A stretch of 64,000 bases of DNA. Origin: Ylistrum balloti (Eukaryota). Below are positions 38,101-51,695 of this stretch, piece after piece. Made by a program: the position numbers and the translations under genes. The number at the start of each line of letters is the position of its first letter. The first letter of the stretch is position 1. The notes below the pieces were generated by a model. That model was not told the DNA's origin. It ran no database searches and saw only the letters and a list, made by a program, of their open reading frames with translations. The stretch is from contig NW_026781912.1 in NCBI RefSeq assembly GCF_031769215.1, positions 992,001 through 1,056,000 on the forward strand, read 5' to 3'.

Positions 38101-41100
38101 GAATGTACTCAATGATGGCACAAGATATTTTTATTAAGCACCTATTAGCAAATATCATTTGAAAAAGATCCCAAAGTATTATTAGATAGCAGTCAGTTAC
38201 AGGTGGATAATGGACAATATGCTTGTGCTGTATTACTGTCGACATCCAAGATGGCTGCCTGTGGGCCACCTTGATTTCAAATCAGTCCAAAAAAGGTAAA
38301 ATGCACAACTAGGGACCAAGGGAAACCAATATCTATGAAATATCAGAAGGATCCATCCAGTACTTCCTCAGATATAGCAGTAACAAGGCCTGTCAGCCAT
38401 CTTGATTTCGGATCAGTCCAAAAAGGTATAATGCACAACTTGGAACCAAAGGGAACCTGCATATGAAATTTGAGAAAGATCCATCCAGTACTTTCCAAGA
38501 AATAGCAGTAACAAACTTTTACATTCAAAATCCAAGATGGCCACCTGTCGGCCATCTTGAATTCGAATCAGTCCAAAAAAGGTACAATGCACAACTAGGG
38601 ACCAAGGGGAAACTGCATATGAAATTTGAGAAAGATCCATCCAGTACTTTCCAAGAAATAGCAGTAACAAACTTTTACTTCCAAAATCCAAGATGGCTGC
38701 CTGTCGGCCATCTTGAATTCGAATCAGTCCAAAAAAGGTACAATGCACAACTAGGGACCAAGGGGAACCTGCATATGAAATTTGAGAAAGATCCATCCAG
38801 TACTTTCCAAGAAATAGCGGTAACAAGAATTGTTTACGGACAGACGGACAACGGACCACAGACGCAGGGCGATTTGAATAACCCGCCATCTATTTGAATA
38901 GATGGTGGGCTAACAAGCATACCTTACTCCCTAATATTTCACTGATTTTTTGGAAAATATTCAATTGTTTCAAAAGAAGATAAACATCAGATAGATGTGT
39001 GTAATAAGATACATAATAATGAGACTTTTTTTTATTGACACCTTTTACAAATTTACAACTGTATTTATCCTGCAGTTAGGGACCAACACATTACACTCAC
39101 CTCAAAGTCAAGGCATGAGGTGGGTTTATCACTGGATAATGATATAGCATTTATCATCTATTTACATGAAATGAAATAGAAATGGATGGTCCTATTACGT
39201 TAGTGTGGTTACCATATATGGATCTCAATTTTAGTCACATTCTTGTGATGGGAAGACCTTGCTCATCACTCGTTTCCAGCACCAGTCACAAATGACGAGG
39301 TGATTCATCATGAGATTTAAGGTAGTATCTTTCCATTTATATTACCTGGAGATTTTTTCCACATACAGCGTGTAGACGTCTCGCATATGATCCAGATTTC
39401 CAGGGGTAGTTCTGTACAGGCGTCCCAAATCTCCCTTACACACTTCACACTGCAGTGTATTATATGTACTACAAACAAATAATTTTTCTTCATTGTTTCA
39501 CTGGATATAGTTCATGTATACATAATGTGTCCTTATACTATAATCCCTTATTTTGATTAAAACCATATTCTATATATATCCATAATAGCACTTTATGAGA
39601 AACAATTCAAAGTCCAGTTTTCTCGAATCATTCAAAGTTCTTGAAACTATAAAATCTGCATGTTGTGTGATAGTGATATGACATTATTTATCAAGTTTGT
39701 TACTTTATTTATTATAAAGAAGAAATCTTGGGTAACTAGTTTTCAGAAAACAGAACCTCCACCGATATATCACATACATATGTGATTTATACACCTCTGC
39801 TTAAAATCATAGTTAGATGAAATACCTTCCCAAATCTGTGCCTATTTTTGAAGTGATCAACCTGTCTTTTACTTCCACTTTCTTGCTAACATCTAAAAAA
39901 AACCAATATATCACTGCAGCCATGTTAGATTTCTATTAGAGTCACAATAATGTAAATAACTAACGGGTATCATGATCAGGGTAAAAAAATTTGGTTCAAA
40001 TCTCCGACAAGAATTAACAAGAGACCCAAGGGGCCGTAATGGTCACCTGAGGAATATATGTCAATGATCTGGGGATTTTAAAATGTTGCAAAAATGTAAC
40101 AACACTTGTGCAGGACCGTGTGTAAAACATCTGAACCAAGTTTGAACATGATCCACCCAGTGATTCTTGAGAGGAAGTCCAAAAATGTCTTAGCCAAACA
40201 AAGGCCAGGGTGGCCATCTTGGATTTTGAATCACCCTAAAAAGTTAAAACACTTGCCAGGACCTTGTGTAGAGCATTCGTATCAAGTTTCCCCTTTCCCC
40301 CCTCCTGGGGCCCCTATTGGGGCCACGCCCTTTTTCTTCACAAACTTGAAGCGGCTTCCCATGGGGATGCTTTGTGCCAAGTATGGTCAAAAGCCATCCA
40401 CTGGTTCTTGAGAAGAAGTCGAATATGTGAAAAGTTAACGACGCCAACAACAGACAAATCATGATGGCAATAAAAAATCGAAAGATGACAACAAGTGTTT
40501 GTTTTTTTGTGATCATCACTGGTCAGGACACAAAAATCAAATTTGCTATTGATTTCTCCAAATCCATTTTGGAATTTTATTTGAAACTAATCAGTTGAAA
40601 TATAATTGATAATGTGTTCTTGACTTTCTATTTCTAACATTCACCTGAAATGCTGAGAAATAAATATGAGCCTGAATCAGTTTCATTTGGCTTAAGGGTA
40701 CAAAAGATTCCAAAGGGATCTTGGTGCTCACCATCGTTTTTTAAAAGTTGAATCCTTTTCCTTTTTTTTCTTCTTTTTCCTTGTGTTTTTGTTCTTAAAT
40801 AAATGATACTTGAAAATTCCCATGTGGAAAATGGGGATAATAAAGGTTAACTACTTATGAAATAGTCGTCTGTCAGCCATTTTGTCTTTCTGATCAATCT
40901 CAAAATCAGAAGAGCAAAACTCATGGTAAGGGAAACCTCTGCATGAAGTCTTTGAAAGATCCATCAAGTATGTCAAGAAATGAAAATAACACACTGTCAC
41001 AACCCAAATCAATGATAAACACTAATCAGTCATTTTGTTTTCCTAATCTGTCCCACAATTAAACAGACACTACTAGCTATAGGGATCAAATTTGAAAAAA

Positions 41101-42680
41101 AATACATCAAGTACTTTTCATGAAATATCAATATCTAATTTTCATAGTCCAAATCTGAGATGCTCACTTTATCAGTCATTTTTCATCCCTGATTAGCCCC
41201 AAAATTGAACTGGCACAATTAGGTCGCGGCAAATGAAATGAGAAAGATCCAGTGATATCAAGGATTATTTTTTAATAAACCACAAATAGGGTGATGTGAA
41301 CAGCACACCTTCTGATGACAGAGGGTTAAAAATATGTTTTATAAAAAGAAGCCTTTGAGATCCCAGAGTGATCATGGTGCCCACTGGTGAATGATGTTTA
41401 TTTTCTCTACTTTTCCCTCTCAATCAGATATATGATAAGAATCCTACATATGAAATATAAGAATAAACCCAACAAGAGTTTACCTAGCAATAGCAATAAC
41501 AAACTTCAACTGTCAAAGCTAAAGTTGGTTTAAGGTCAGCTGTTTTGTCTTCTCCAGTTAAAATTGAATGATTAACTTGGTACCTACAACATTTTTTCCC
41601 CCTGATCAGATTAAAAATTGAATGGGCACACCTTGGAACAGAGAAAACCCTACATAAAAGATTGAGAAATGTCCCAACAGGTTTTTTTTAACCTCAAATG
41701 AGCTATTTTTCTAAACTGACCGTTTTCATACCAAGATCTATTCAGATGAAGTTTTTTTTCCACCTGTCTGCCTACAACTGATTGATTAATTTAAATCTGG
41801 AAATCATCAAATTGCTTTTGTGTATGTTTGGTCTTTTGCAGCAAACAATTGCAACGATGCGTGACCTACAGTGTATTATTCTTGGTCACATTAGTGGTCA
41901 TCTGTTAAGTGTTACAGCAACCAAAATCATACGAGTGAGAGGTTACCTATCAAAGCTAGGTCAATAGTTCACGTGATAGAGCCTGACAAAATCGCTGTTC
42001 CGAAACACATTGAGGTACGGGACCGATGTCATGACAATATTTCTAAAAAAATCATTTCATTAACTTACTCGATTGGTTATCATTTATCTGCAAATTAGAA
42101 ACAAGATGGGACTTCATCTCTTTGTTTACGTTGGTCCTATATACATACATGTAAAGTCAGACTTGACAATTTGTCGAATATGCCTGCCGATATTCTAAGT
42201 ACAATTAGTAAAGGTTGGTAGAGGGAAACCAACTGACGATGGACGATGCGCAAAGGCATTTTAGCCCTATGCGACAGGTGAAATAAAAACATGATTTTAC
42301 ATTTTATGATATTTTGCAAATAAGGCGTTTGAGTAATTATCTTTCTAACTTGGGAGTATTACTTCCCAATTTCACTGGAAGATTACTTAAATAATTATGC
42401 GAAAATATAATTGGAAATCCATGTTTAAATATCACAATCAACACGTTTTTCCTCAACATTTTGATTGATCCCGTGTAATTGTGATTTCTTGTTCAGATGA
42501 AAACTTACATTTTAGGCTGATTGTACGTAGTATTTCATTGGAACCTGTCCACGCCGACGAATCCCCGACGATCGAATTGCACTGACTGCACTGAAATACG
42601 ACCCGTTCCAAGTCATCGTTCTTTTCGTGTATTGCGGACTCTTCTAGTGTATCATTTGATTCTGAACGGCTGTCTGACAT
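35171..42680 (-). CDS. MIS18A: Mis18 (Mis18-alpha-like) centromere licensing protein, 5 exons, 308 aa
   Basis: Exons 42680-42509, 39892-39826, 39468-39346, 37837-37741, 35638-35171 total 927 nt with consistent phases. Yippee/Mis18 zinc domain VFQCSQCNSIVGDS...TLQCEVCKGDLGRLYRTTPGNLDHMRD...ISSYTFG, followed by a coiled coil. The alpha versus beta assignment is less certain. Confidence 0.88.
36640..37212 (+). mobile_element. Helentron/HINE-like element with 145-161-bp internal repeats
   Basis: atctgtacc recurs at 36741, 36886 and 37047. GCC microsatellite, then terminus aagtgatccctaagtgtctgctacctttgctggcgacacaaaaa. Confidence 0.75.
37979..38915 (+). mobile_element. Helentron/HINE-like element with 156-bp tandem array (~4 units)
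   Basis: 5' end aacaagagatcccagagggatcttggcgcccacc. atgaaatttgagaaagatcc recurs at 38463, 38619 and 38775. 3' ggacagacggac microsatellite and hairpin cccgccatcta-tttgaa-tagatggtggg. Confidence 0.85.
40015..40470 (+). mobile_element. Helitron-N/HINE-like element (aacaagagacccaaggggccgtaatggtcacctgag start)
   Basis: Typical 5' sub-terminal motif, satellite-like interior, and a gacgccaacaacagacaaatcatgatggcaata end. Confidence 0.7.
40700..41650 (+). mobile_element. Two further degenerate copies of the 156-bp-array element family
   Basis: 5' motifs aaagattccaaagggatcttggtgctcacc (~40703) and gagatcccagagtgatcatggtgcccac (~41357), each followed by decayed array units. Confidence 0.55.
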
Positions 42681-43235
42681 CACAATGTCGGTATGTTGAA
42701 GTAGTCTGCGACAATGTCAAAAGTGTATCTACAGATTGACAAAACAGCGCCAATTTTGTTTATATCCGGCGCGCGATGATAAATAGAGGTGAGCACTAAA
42801 GTCGGGAATGAAGTCAGTAAAAGCGACAATGTCTGTACAGAGACGTATATGTGATATATACGTCTCTGGTCTGTAGTAGCAAACGTAAACATGCTAAATT
42901 AATGTATTTATTGGTGTACTAATCAACACGTTAGAAGCGAGATAGATGTTTTCCTCTCAGCCAAAACATACTGAAATCAAACCTTGTTTATATGTGAAAA
43001 ATATGAACTTTTCGCGGTGAAAAACAGAAAATGAAATAAATATCCTAGGTTTAAAGTATCAAAATTAGTTTTCGTATATCATGTCATATTTATTAGATTT
43101 GTTGTTCTTGGGATGAAATGTTTCTTATATTCCTGATAGGTTTTTTTGGACCGGGCCAGGTAAGCTATGGCGTGCCCATTTTCACCCTAACCGCTTTTAG
43201 TACTCCTACTATTATATGTCGATGTGACAAACGTG
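42681..43235. promoter_or_regulatory. Bidirectional promoter region of Mis18 and MTRES1
   Basis: Start codons diverge ~555 bp apart. CpG-richer than the flanks; E2F-like GGCGCGCG (42768) and TTTTCGCGG (43009). Motif function is inference. Confidence 0.6.
42838..42868. repeat. Short palindromic element, copy 2
   Basis: cagagacgtatatgtgatatatacgtctctg. Confidence 0.8.
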
Positions 43236-46200
43236 ATGTATATATTTCGTTCTCTGTGTCGACGGCAAGTTAATACAACTTTCAGATGTGGTTTCGAATA
43301 TGTATCAACCTTTCCATCGCGAAGCAACGTTCACCATAATTTCATCAACGATGTGCACGCGTCACCACAGGGTCAGAGTACTGAAAAACGAGGAAACGAA
43401 GTGTGCGGGTCCAAGATTACTCTTCTAAGGCAAATAAACGTTCTTTACGCTGGTACTTTTACAGAACTCTTAAGACCTAGACATGCTCACACGACATTTG
43501 TGCAAAAGAGACATAAGTCAGTAAAGGGAAAGAAGAAAGACGATTTAGTCGCCGGTCAAAGCGAAAGTGATGACGATAGTGACGGAGAATGGAGCGATGC
43601 AGATGACTTGGATAACGATGTAAATGTAAAGTCAGGAAAAAAGGCAAGGATAATAGTAAAACTTTCGTAAATATTACATTTCAGTAAAATTGAATTTAAA
43701 AGCATTTTTTCCACGGGTGTAATTGATTTTTACAGAGACGTACATATCACGTGATATATACGTCTCTTATTTTTGTGACGTCATATTATAGTTTAGCGTG
43801 AGGAATGGAACAACGCATATTTTCTGCTGATGTTGGCAAGTCAAATACATCTCCAACCTTATCTTATTTCATCTGTACATTTGTTGTCAGAATTATTCTA
43901 ATACCCTATCAACTTTTTAAAAAATATATATTGCTCAGCTGTTCATTGTCTACAGACGGATATATAAAATAGAATGTCGAAAGAATTTGGACTCATCACC
44001 ATGGATACATAAAGAATATTAAATCAGTGTGCTTGGGTAAAGCAGAGACATATATAACACATGTATACGTCTCTGGGTGATGTCAATGAAGTTTTCATTT
44101 TTGCAAAGTTATTGTGAAAAAATTAAATGAAAAAAAATATAAAATATAAAAAAAATTAAGATGTGTTTTATCAAAAACACACATAGATACATTTTGACAG
44201 GTTTATCGTAAAAATGTGGAATACTAATCCAAGCAGAGACAGCCATTTAGATTTCCTACTTTCATTGTCTATATTATGACATTGTGAACGCTTCGGGCTA
44301 TATTACGCTGGTGACATATATGCAAAAATATAGCATGGGTTATTTCACTGAACAACAGGCAGATTATGTGATAAATGTGAATATATAAAAAAAAAACATG
44401 ATTTTATTTTGAAGGCATTTCCTGATACCAGCTTCCGTGGTGATACAAATTTGCCAGCAAATTGTAAGATGTTGAAGCGGAATATAGCGCAACCCAGATA
44501 CGACTCACTGTGTAGATTTGGCTTTATTATGTCAAGCAAGTAAGTCACCTGTACTTCCGGTGATGTTGAGCTTTCTCACACTTATAAAAAGGACCATTAC
44601 ATCTTGTTGGAGTTGAAATTCGGGGATCAAGGGTCTGGTCAAAGTCACCATTGCTATTTTTAGACAGTCTGCACTCCAGCAGCTTTATTTCTTGAGGAAT
44701 TTTCATCAAACAGCACACATTTAGTAAGAAACATAATATCTTTCACAAGTTGGATAGTCAGAATTGTATGTCAAGGTCAAAGTCAGTGTTACTACTATAA
44801 GTAAATCCTTTTCAATGCCCTAGTGTTTTCATTCCTTGAGAAATTCTCATTTATCTCCACACACTTCTGAAGGACCATAACATCTTTGACAGATTCAAGT
44901 TTCAGGGTTGTATGGTCAAGGTCAAGATCATTGTTACTAATTTTAGAAATCCTTTTCTTAAAAAAAAATAAGTTTCTGAATAAGTGACATATGTTTAGAT
45001 GCTTGATTCTGTATGGACATTACTAATTATTTCTTTGCAGGCAGTTTGTAAATGAATTAGCGGAACAGAAATGTAAGCTGAACGGTCTTCCTTTAAAGTC
45101 CAAAAGTACACATGTAAGTTACCTCACTTATAGAAGTGACAGGAACACACCTGCACACCTTAATTTACGGATATCACTTATCCAGAAGGCTATATATGAA
45201 TTGATTATGCCATTTGTTCAAAATTTTGATTTTTGTAACTTTATTAAAATTTGGTTTTGTCAATAAATTCTGTCTACAGTATTTGAAGTATGGCAAATGA
45301 ACACAATGACTCAGAGAGATAAAGTTTATGGAGTTTTGTATAAATAACTTTAATGAGTAACCTCAAAATCTCGCTCTATTACCATTACACATTTTAATGT
45401 CACTCACACTACAAAGTCAAACTTGTATAAACAAAAGACAAATGACTGTATTCAGACACCTTGAACACCTACATATTGAACTGTTTTGTATCTACCTATA
45501 TGGTGTGAAGTTAAACCAACACTATTCTGTAATTTCCAGTAGTATCCAAAAATGTTACAGTAGGTCAATATATTGATTTTGTATTGAAGTTTACAATTTC
45601 ATCAACTTTTAAACAGGTTTTGATGTTTTTACCAGCTTTGGGTCTGAGATAAATGCTGGCCAAAGGCAGTCTATAGTATACTACAAACACCAAGTTTGTC
45701 ACCCCATACCTGTGAGGGATGGGGAGGGTCTAGAGGACAGAGTTGGAAGGCCTAATAGGAAAACAAAATCTGACACCTCAAGTAGAAAAAAAAAATCCTT
45801 TAGGGGTGGAAATGCAAACCCTGATATTTGAACCATACAAATATATGTATGGTTGTGCTAGAAGTTCAAACATGAGGTTATAACTTAGTCTTAGTGTAAT
45901 AACATAGAGATGAGGCTAATCGGCACTCTCTCTTCAAATATTAAGAGATAATCCAAGGTTTCAATTTAGCATCTTTTTAACACGTTACGGCTTCACAACA
46001 GTTTCTTAGTAAAGAATGGTACAAGTCAGTAACCAGGGGCTAGATCCGAAAGGAAGTTTCTCAGAAACTCGAGTAATTGCTTGAATATGTTTCAAAGATT
46101 TAAAAAAAGTATTCTAATGAGACTATAAAATCAAATATTAAAGGATAATTCATGGATGTTACTTCCTTGTTGTTACGAGTTAAAAGAACCTAAACATGTG

Positions 46201-46721
46201 AGGGAGTTATAGTTAGCTCCGAGTTCAGATGGTTGTCCTTTTGCGGAGTTATCAGAAATATTGTAAAGAAATAAACCTATTATTCTCATTAGATTCAAAC
46301 CTTTGTGTTTTGTTATTTTTCACAATTTAAATTTTTTGCATTTTTACCTTAATTTGAAGTAAAAATTATAAATAGCCTTGTATACATTACAATACATTTT
46401 TCAAAAAATGTTATTTTTGAATTAATGCCACAACTGTCCATTCTACAGATACAGGCTTTAAGATAATCTCTTTTGTTAACAATGTAAAGACACCTTCATT
46501 TTCCATTGCCATTTTTTGTAATGCAAAGTATTTAATTGCAGGTGAAAAGTGGAGATGCACTAGATGTCATTGTAGACGATAATAAAATGAAAAGGATCAG
46601 GATTGTCTCCATTGATAAATCCCCATCCACATGTACAGTTTATATGAGAGTGTGGAGGGCACCATTCTCCAAATCTTTAGTGAAAGAATCAGACAGAACA
46701 GATGTCGATGGGAGCAGTTAA
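43236..46721 (+). CDS. MTRES1: Mitochondrial transcription rescue factor 1 (C6orf203 homolog, S4-like RNA-binding domain), 4 exons, ~253 aa
   Basis: Exons 43236-~43619 (donor position uncertain), 44415-44539, 45041-45113, 46542-46721. Presequence, acidic patch, PRYD, KLNG...KSTHVKSGDALDV...RIRI...VYMRVWR match the MTRES1 pattern. Confidence 0.82.
43733..43767. repeat. Short palindromic element, copy 3
   Basis: cagagacgtacatatcacgtgatatatacgtctct. Confidence 0.8.
44043..44075. repeat. Short palindromic element, copy 4 (decayed)
   Basis: cagagacatatataacacatgtatacgtctctg. Confidence 0.7.
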
Positions 46722-47396
46722 GTTTTATTACAGGTCAAGAAAGAAGACACTACAGTGATTGTCTCCCTTGATACGTTTTAATCAAAATAAACTGGTGTGT
46801 ATGTGCCAAAGTGTGGAGGGCAATATTTCCAAACCTCAAGTGAAAGAATCCAACAGTATTATGTTGACTCAAATTGACAGATTCAGTTTAAATTTTAATT
46901 GCAGGTCAAGTGAGATTTTAAGTGCAGGTAAAGAGCAGAGATGAACTTTGATGTCAGCAGACAGCAGTGAAGTTATTGTCTCCTTGACATATCATTGCAT
47001 AATATATGCTATTGTATATAGATATCATGAGGGTACAAGTTATGAAATAGTGTTGAAGAAATCTTACAGTATGGAAGTTGAATGAAACAACATGTTCATG
47101 GTTTAAATGAAATTAGACTGTTAAAAGGACCATCATAGTTTGCTGAAGGATTCCAACATTTACCAAGCTGGACTGGTGTAAACTGATCTGGTCCTATATA
47201 GTCTATATAGATTGAAGGATGCAATTTAATTCGTGTACGTACATGTCCGATTTCTCCTGATACTCTAACTTCTGTAAAACTACCAGTGGAAAGTTTGAAA
47301 AGTATGGAAAAAATGTATTTGTAGTGTTTACAATGAACATGGCTAGTGATATTAAAGGTATTTTTCATAAAAACAAATTTATCTGTATTGTCCTTT

Positions 47397-47775
47397 CTTA
47401 GCCCATCATCAGATGGTAGGCTATTCAAATCGCCCTATGTCCATCCATCCGTTCATAAACAACAATTGTTATCCCTATTTCTTGAGAAGTACTAAATAGA
47501 TCTATCTCAAATTTCATACATAGGTTCCCCTTGGTTCCTAGTTGTGCCTGTTTGATTTTGGGACTGATCAGAAGAACATGATGTCCGATAGGTGGCCATC
47601 TTGGATTGTGCCTACTAAAGATTATCACTATTTCTTGAGAAGTACTCAATGGATCTCTCTCAAATTTCCTTTTATCCTTAGTTGTGTGTGTTTACTTTTG
47701 ATACTTATCAGGAAAAAAATGGCTTCCAGCTGACCATCTTGGATCTGGCAGTTGAAGATTATTATTGTTATTTCT
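47397..47775 (-). mobile_element. Minus-strand copy of the 156-bp-array HINE-like family
   Basis: cttagcccatcatcagatggtaggctattcaaatcgccc...ccatccatccg is the reverse complement of the 38.9-kb terminus. Interior matches the array unit. Confidence 0.75.
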
Positions 47776-48094
47776 GCATAGAATTAATGTTCAAATTTCT
47801 TATCATTAAGAGCAAAAACAGAGAAGAGAAAAGAAGGGAAAAAAAATCAAACACTTAACTCGTTTAATTCTACCCTATGCTTGTGAGCTAATATTGTTGA
47901 ACCACAATCCACTATTATGAGGGGAAGTTGGCCACAAATTTAAAAGGAGACATTGTTACCACATTTGATCTTTATATTAAACAATTTATAGATCATATCA
48001 CGCCCTTTGTTTAAACTTTGTAAGTGGGTACAACACAAGGAGGTCAAGTACCAAAATAAAATTATATCAAGAAAACAACCTATAGCATTCTATT

Positions 48095-48312
48095 CTCAAA
48101 CTTTTCATTTTGAACTCTGTACACGAATCAAACTACTACCACTATTACATGTTAACACATCAAACTTTTCATTTTGAACTCTGTACACGAATTTGATTTC
48201 AGGTCAAACTACTACCACTATTACATGTTAACACATCAAACTTTTCATTTTGAACTCTGTACACGAATTTGATTTCAGGTCAAACTACTACCACCATTAC
48301 ATGTATTTCAAA
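48095..48312. repeat. 64-76-bp tandem repeat, ~3 copies
   Basis: caaacttttcattttgaactctgtacacgaat...caaactactaccactattacatg repeated. Confidence 0.9.
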
Positions 48313-51300
48313 CTTTGAGGATTGATTTTTAGACCAAATCGGCTAGAAATAATAATAAAACGAACATGTCTGAAAGCACTGTTTATTCAAACGTCCTTAT
48401 TCCAATGATTTATAGCTACAATCTACGAGTACTTCATCAACACAATAAAATCTTTGTTAAGCTTCATTGCACATTCAAAAGTGGTATGAATGACATTTCA
48501 AAAAGTACAATACTTGTGTACTATTTATGGATAATACAGTTTCTGTGTAATGCAGATATTTGAATTACAATTCATATTCATTCATGCACGGAAGTTACAA
48601 CACCAGGTACAGATAATTATTCAGTTGATGATAAGTTGATTATACAATATTTTAATTCCTTTCAGGAATGATTTTCCTTTTTCATGATACTTCCTTGTGT
48701 TATTCACCAAAAAGCTGAATGTTTTAACAAAGTTCCCTAAAACTATTCAATGAATTCAGAAGACCGAAAGATGTGCTATAGGTTTTGCCAAATGAACAAC
48801 TTGAAATTTACACCATTCAGGTACAAAAAAAAAAAAAAAAAATTGTGAGAGAATAAAGATTTCAAGAATTTTTAGAAAGAATATGAAGGCATGGGTAAAG
48901 TCAAGTAAAAAGTATAGAACACAAAACATGGTTACTATAAGTTAGCTGTGATTCAATGTAAGCTGTGTCGGATTTATGACTAAGTCATGAAATAATTATA
49001 TTATCATAATAGGAAAGGTCTATGTTAAGACTTAATTAGGACATAATTATATCGTAATTACAACTTACTAATTTGTTAATATAACATACTAAGCCATAAT
49101 CAATAATGAGATAACCAAGCTGTAATTGTTATACAACAGTATCATAATTATGACATAGCTGTTATCGTGACATAAATGGTAATTATGAGATAACAAAGTT
49201 TTGATTTCATCATACTGAACTATAAACTACTTCTGAGATTACTAAATGGTAATTATGACATACATGTCATACAACTGAAATAACAAAGTCATAATTACGG
49301 CACCAACTGCCTCCTGTACAAAAAAGAGATTGAGACAATGAAGTAAACATTTTGTGAATAGAGATTCAAACATGTACAACGATATGTATAAAAAAATACA
49401 CCGACTAATACAACATTATTTTTAATATTGTGACAAGACAAGAGTCTGGCAAATGTTACACTTCACCTCATTATAATGTTAACACAAAGAAAATAAAAAG
49501 AAAGTTGTGGAAGTTTGCAATCTAGATAAGGAAATGATTTTCTCTGATGTGCCTAAGGAACAGAGTACAAAAGCGTGCTGTAATTCGTTGTCTCTGCATT
49601 GAGAAAATTGTGAGGACAATGATAAACAAAGGAACAACAAATTTGGCTGTTCCTCCAAAGCAAGAGGAAACAACACCGTGAAAAAAATAGAGGAAAGTAT
49701 CTAGATATGACCATTCGAAATTACATTTCTGGCTAAATATATAAAAGATGTATTCAACATGGTGTATAATGTATAACAATATAAAACGATGTCACAAATG
49801 ACAGTTTGTACATCAAGCCTCAAATATCTTGGCATGAATTACAATTTTTGTTCTTAACACACTTGAACAAAACTTGTGAAACTTCAACAATATAAGTTTA
49901 TTGCAAGAAGGAATTTTGAATTGGTGGTAAATTGCTCCCCATCCCTTTGTTACATTGCTAAATAAAATATGTTTTCATTGGTTGTATGGATTTCCAATTT
50001 TATGACTGATTTGATATGTACATTGGGTGATTTCACAAATCACAATTAAAATTGTCCAATGTCTTGGATATCAATAAAAACATACACAATAATACTTCAC
50101 TACATACTAGTACCATGCAATAATACCTCTGATCAGATATGCTACACAGACTACATATGTAAACAAATCATAGATGTATAGATTAATGTCTGACATTGTA
50201 TATACCCGGACTACAGAAACAATATCACAATCCATTAAAACAATGTATTAACACCACTGGCTTGCTTAGGATAAGATGTAATGTAGCTCCATTACAAAAT
50301 CAATACAGTAGGTTTAATACTTAAATCATTCAAATATTTTATAAATGTCAGTAAGACAAATATCGCAGTTTCTGACATCCAATAAAGATAACCTACCATT
50401 AAGGAATGATGTTAATATCTTGTTTACTCCTTCTGTGAGATCCATATGTTTTATTGATAACACTAAGTGACAGGATTAAAAAAACCATATTCTCCTATAT
50501 ATATGTATTCATCGATAAGAAGTTAATTGTATTAAATCCATGTCTATTTGTGATCAGGGAAAAATTCTACAAATATCACCTACTTTCAGTCAAAAAATGT
50601 GTTGGGATTATTATAGGGTAAATATTGAGAACACTATTTTCAGATTCCTATACTGGGGGCAAAAGATTGATAACAACAGAAAAATCCAAGGGTACCAGAA
50701 TGACCAGCTTGGTTTCCGAAATGATTGTCCACTGCCTTTTGACAATATAACCTTATCACATCTTCTGAAGATATTGCATTCTTCAGCTCAGATTCAACCG
50801 AGGAATATTGCATGAAACACCTTCATTAAACACTTTTCCAACTGGTGTTGAATAGAAAATAAATATTGAAGGCATACTGGATTATTGGCAAATCTATTTT
50901 ATACTCCTGTGGAACCATCACATACAACTATTCATTCGAGACAAATTGCAAAACAAAGAGTTCTTGGATAATCCTTGCAACTCAATTATCAATATATCGA
51001 TACTGAAAAAAGCAATTAATGAAGAGATACAGGACTGATTACTTTCCCATCTTTAAAAATCCTTTTATGTTCTCCTATTTGACAAAACTTTTAATAATGT
51101 GTATGTTCCAAATCAAAGTAAAACAAGAATGCCTTGAAGATGGATAAAAGATCAAACTATGTACATTTATATATATAAAGGGATTGGTGATTCAGTTACT
51201 AAGTGTGACACTTTTTCTCTACAAAATACACTTCTAGATCTGGAAAACTTAACTGGAAGATGAAGTAACAAGGAATCAAAAACAGTGATGCCTGGAGTCA

Positions 51301-51695
51301 CCCAGAATATGCCTTTTTATAACATTTGCATCAATTATGATGGATGGGCATATCAACACATATACTATATTTATCCAGCAATAAGCCTGTGTCTGTTAAT
51401 TTCAATCACCTCCACTAAAACTTCAGCGAGATGCCAATAGCTGCCATTCGTGTCAGTCATATCACTGCGTTGGTTTGCTGACTAGAAGTTAGGAATTTTG
51501 TTCCCCTTATTTTGGTGAATGCTAACGCATTTTTCATCAATATATTCTCTAATTATCATCAAATACTGTAACAGCTGATTCTATGTGAAACCATGTGAAA
51601 AAAAAAGTTTTGTCATCTTAATAATGAACTATGTTTTTCATGGAATCTTGTCATGAGGAACCTCTGAGGTGATGGACTGTACTTTAACACAACCA

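Noticed and set aside
38343-38897. 144-158-aa ORFs with internal repeats
   Set aside because: Translations of the 156-bp (52-codon) satellite array.
49480-49710. Coding-looking stretch (KVVEVCNLDKEMIF...)
   Set aside because: In-frame stop, no recognisable motif and no partner exons.
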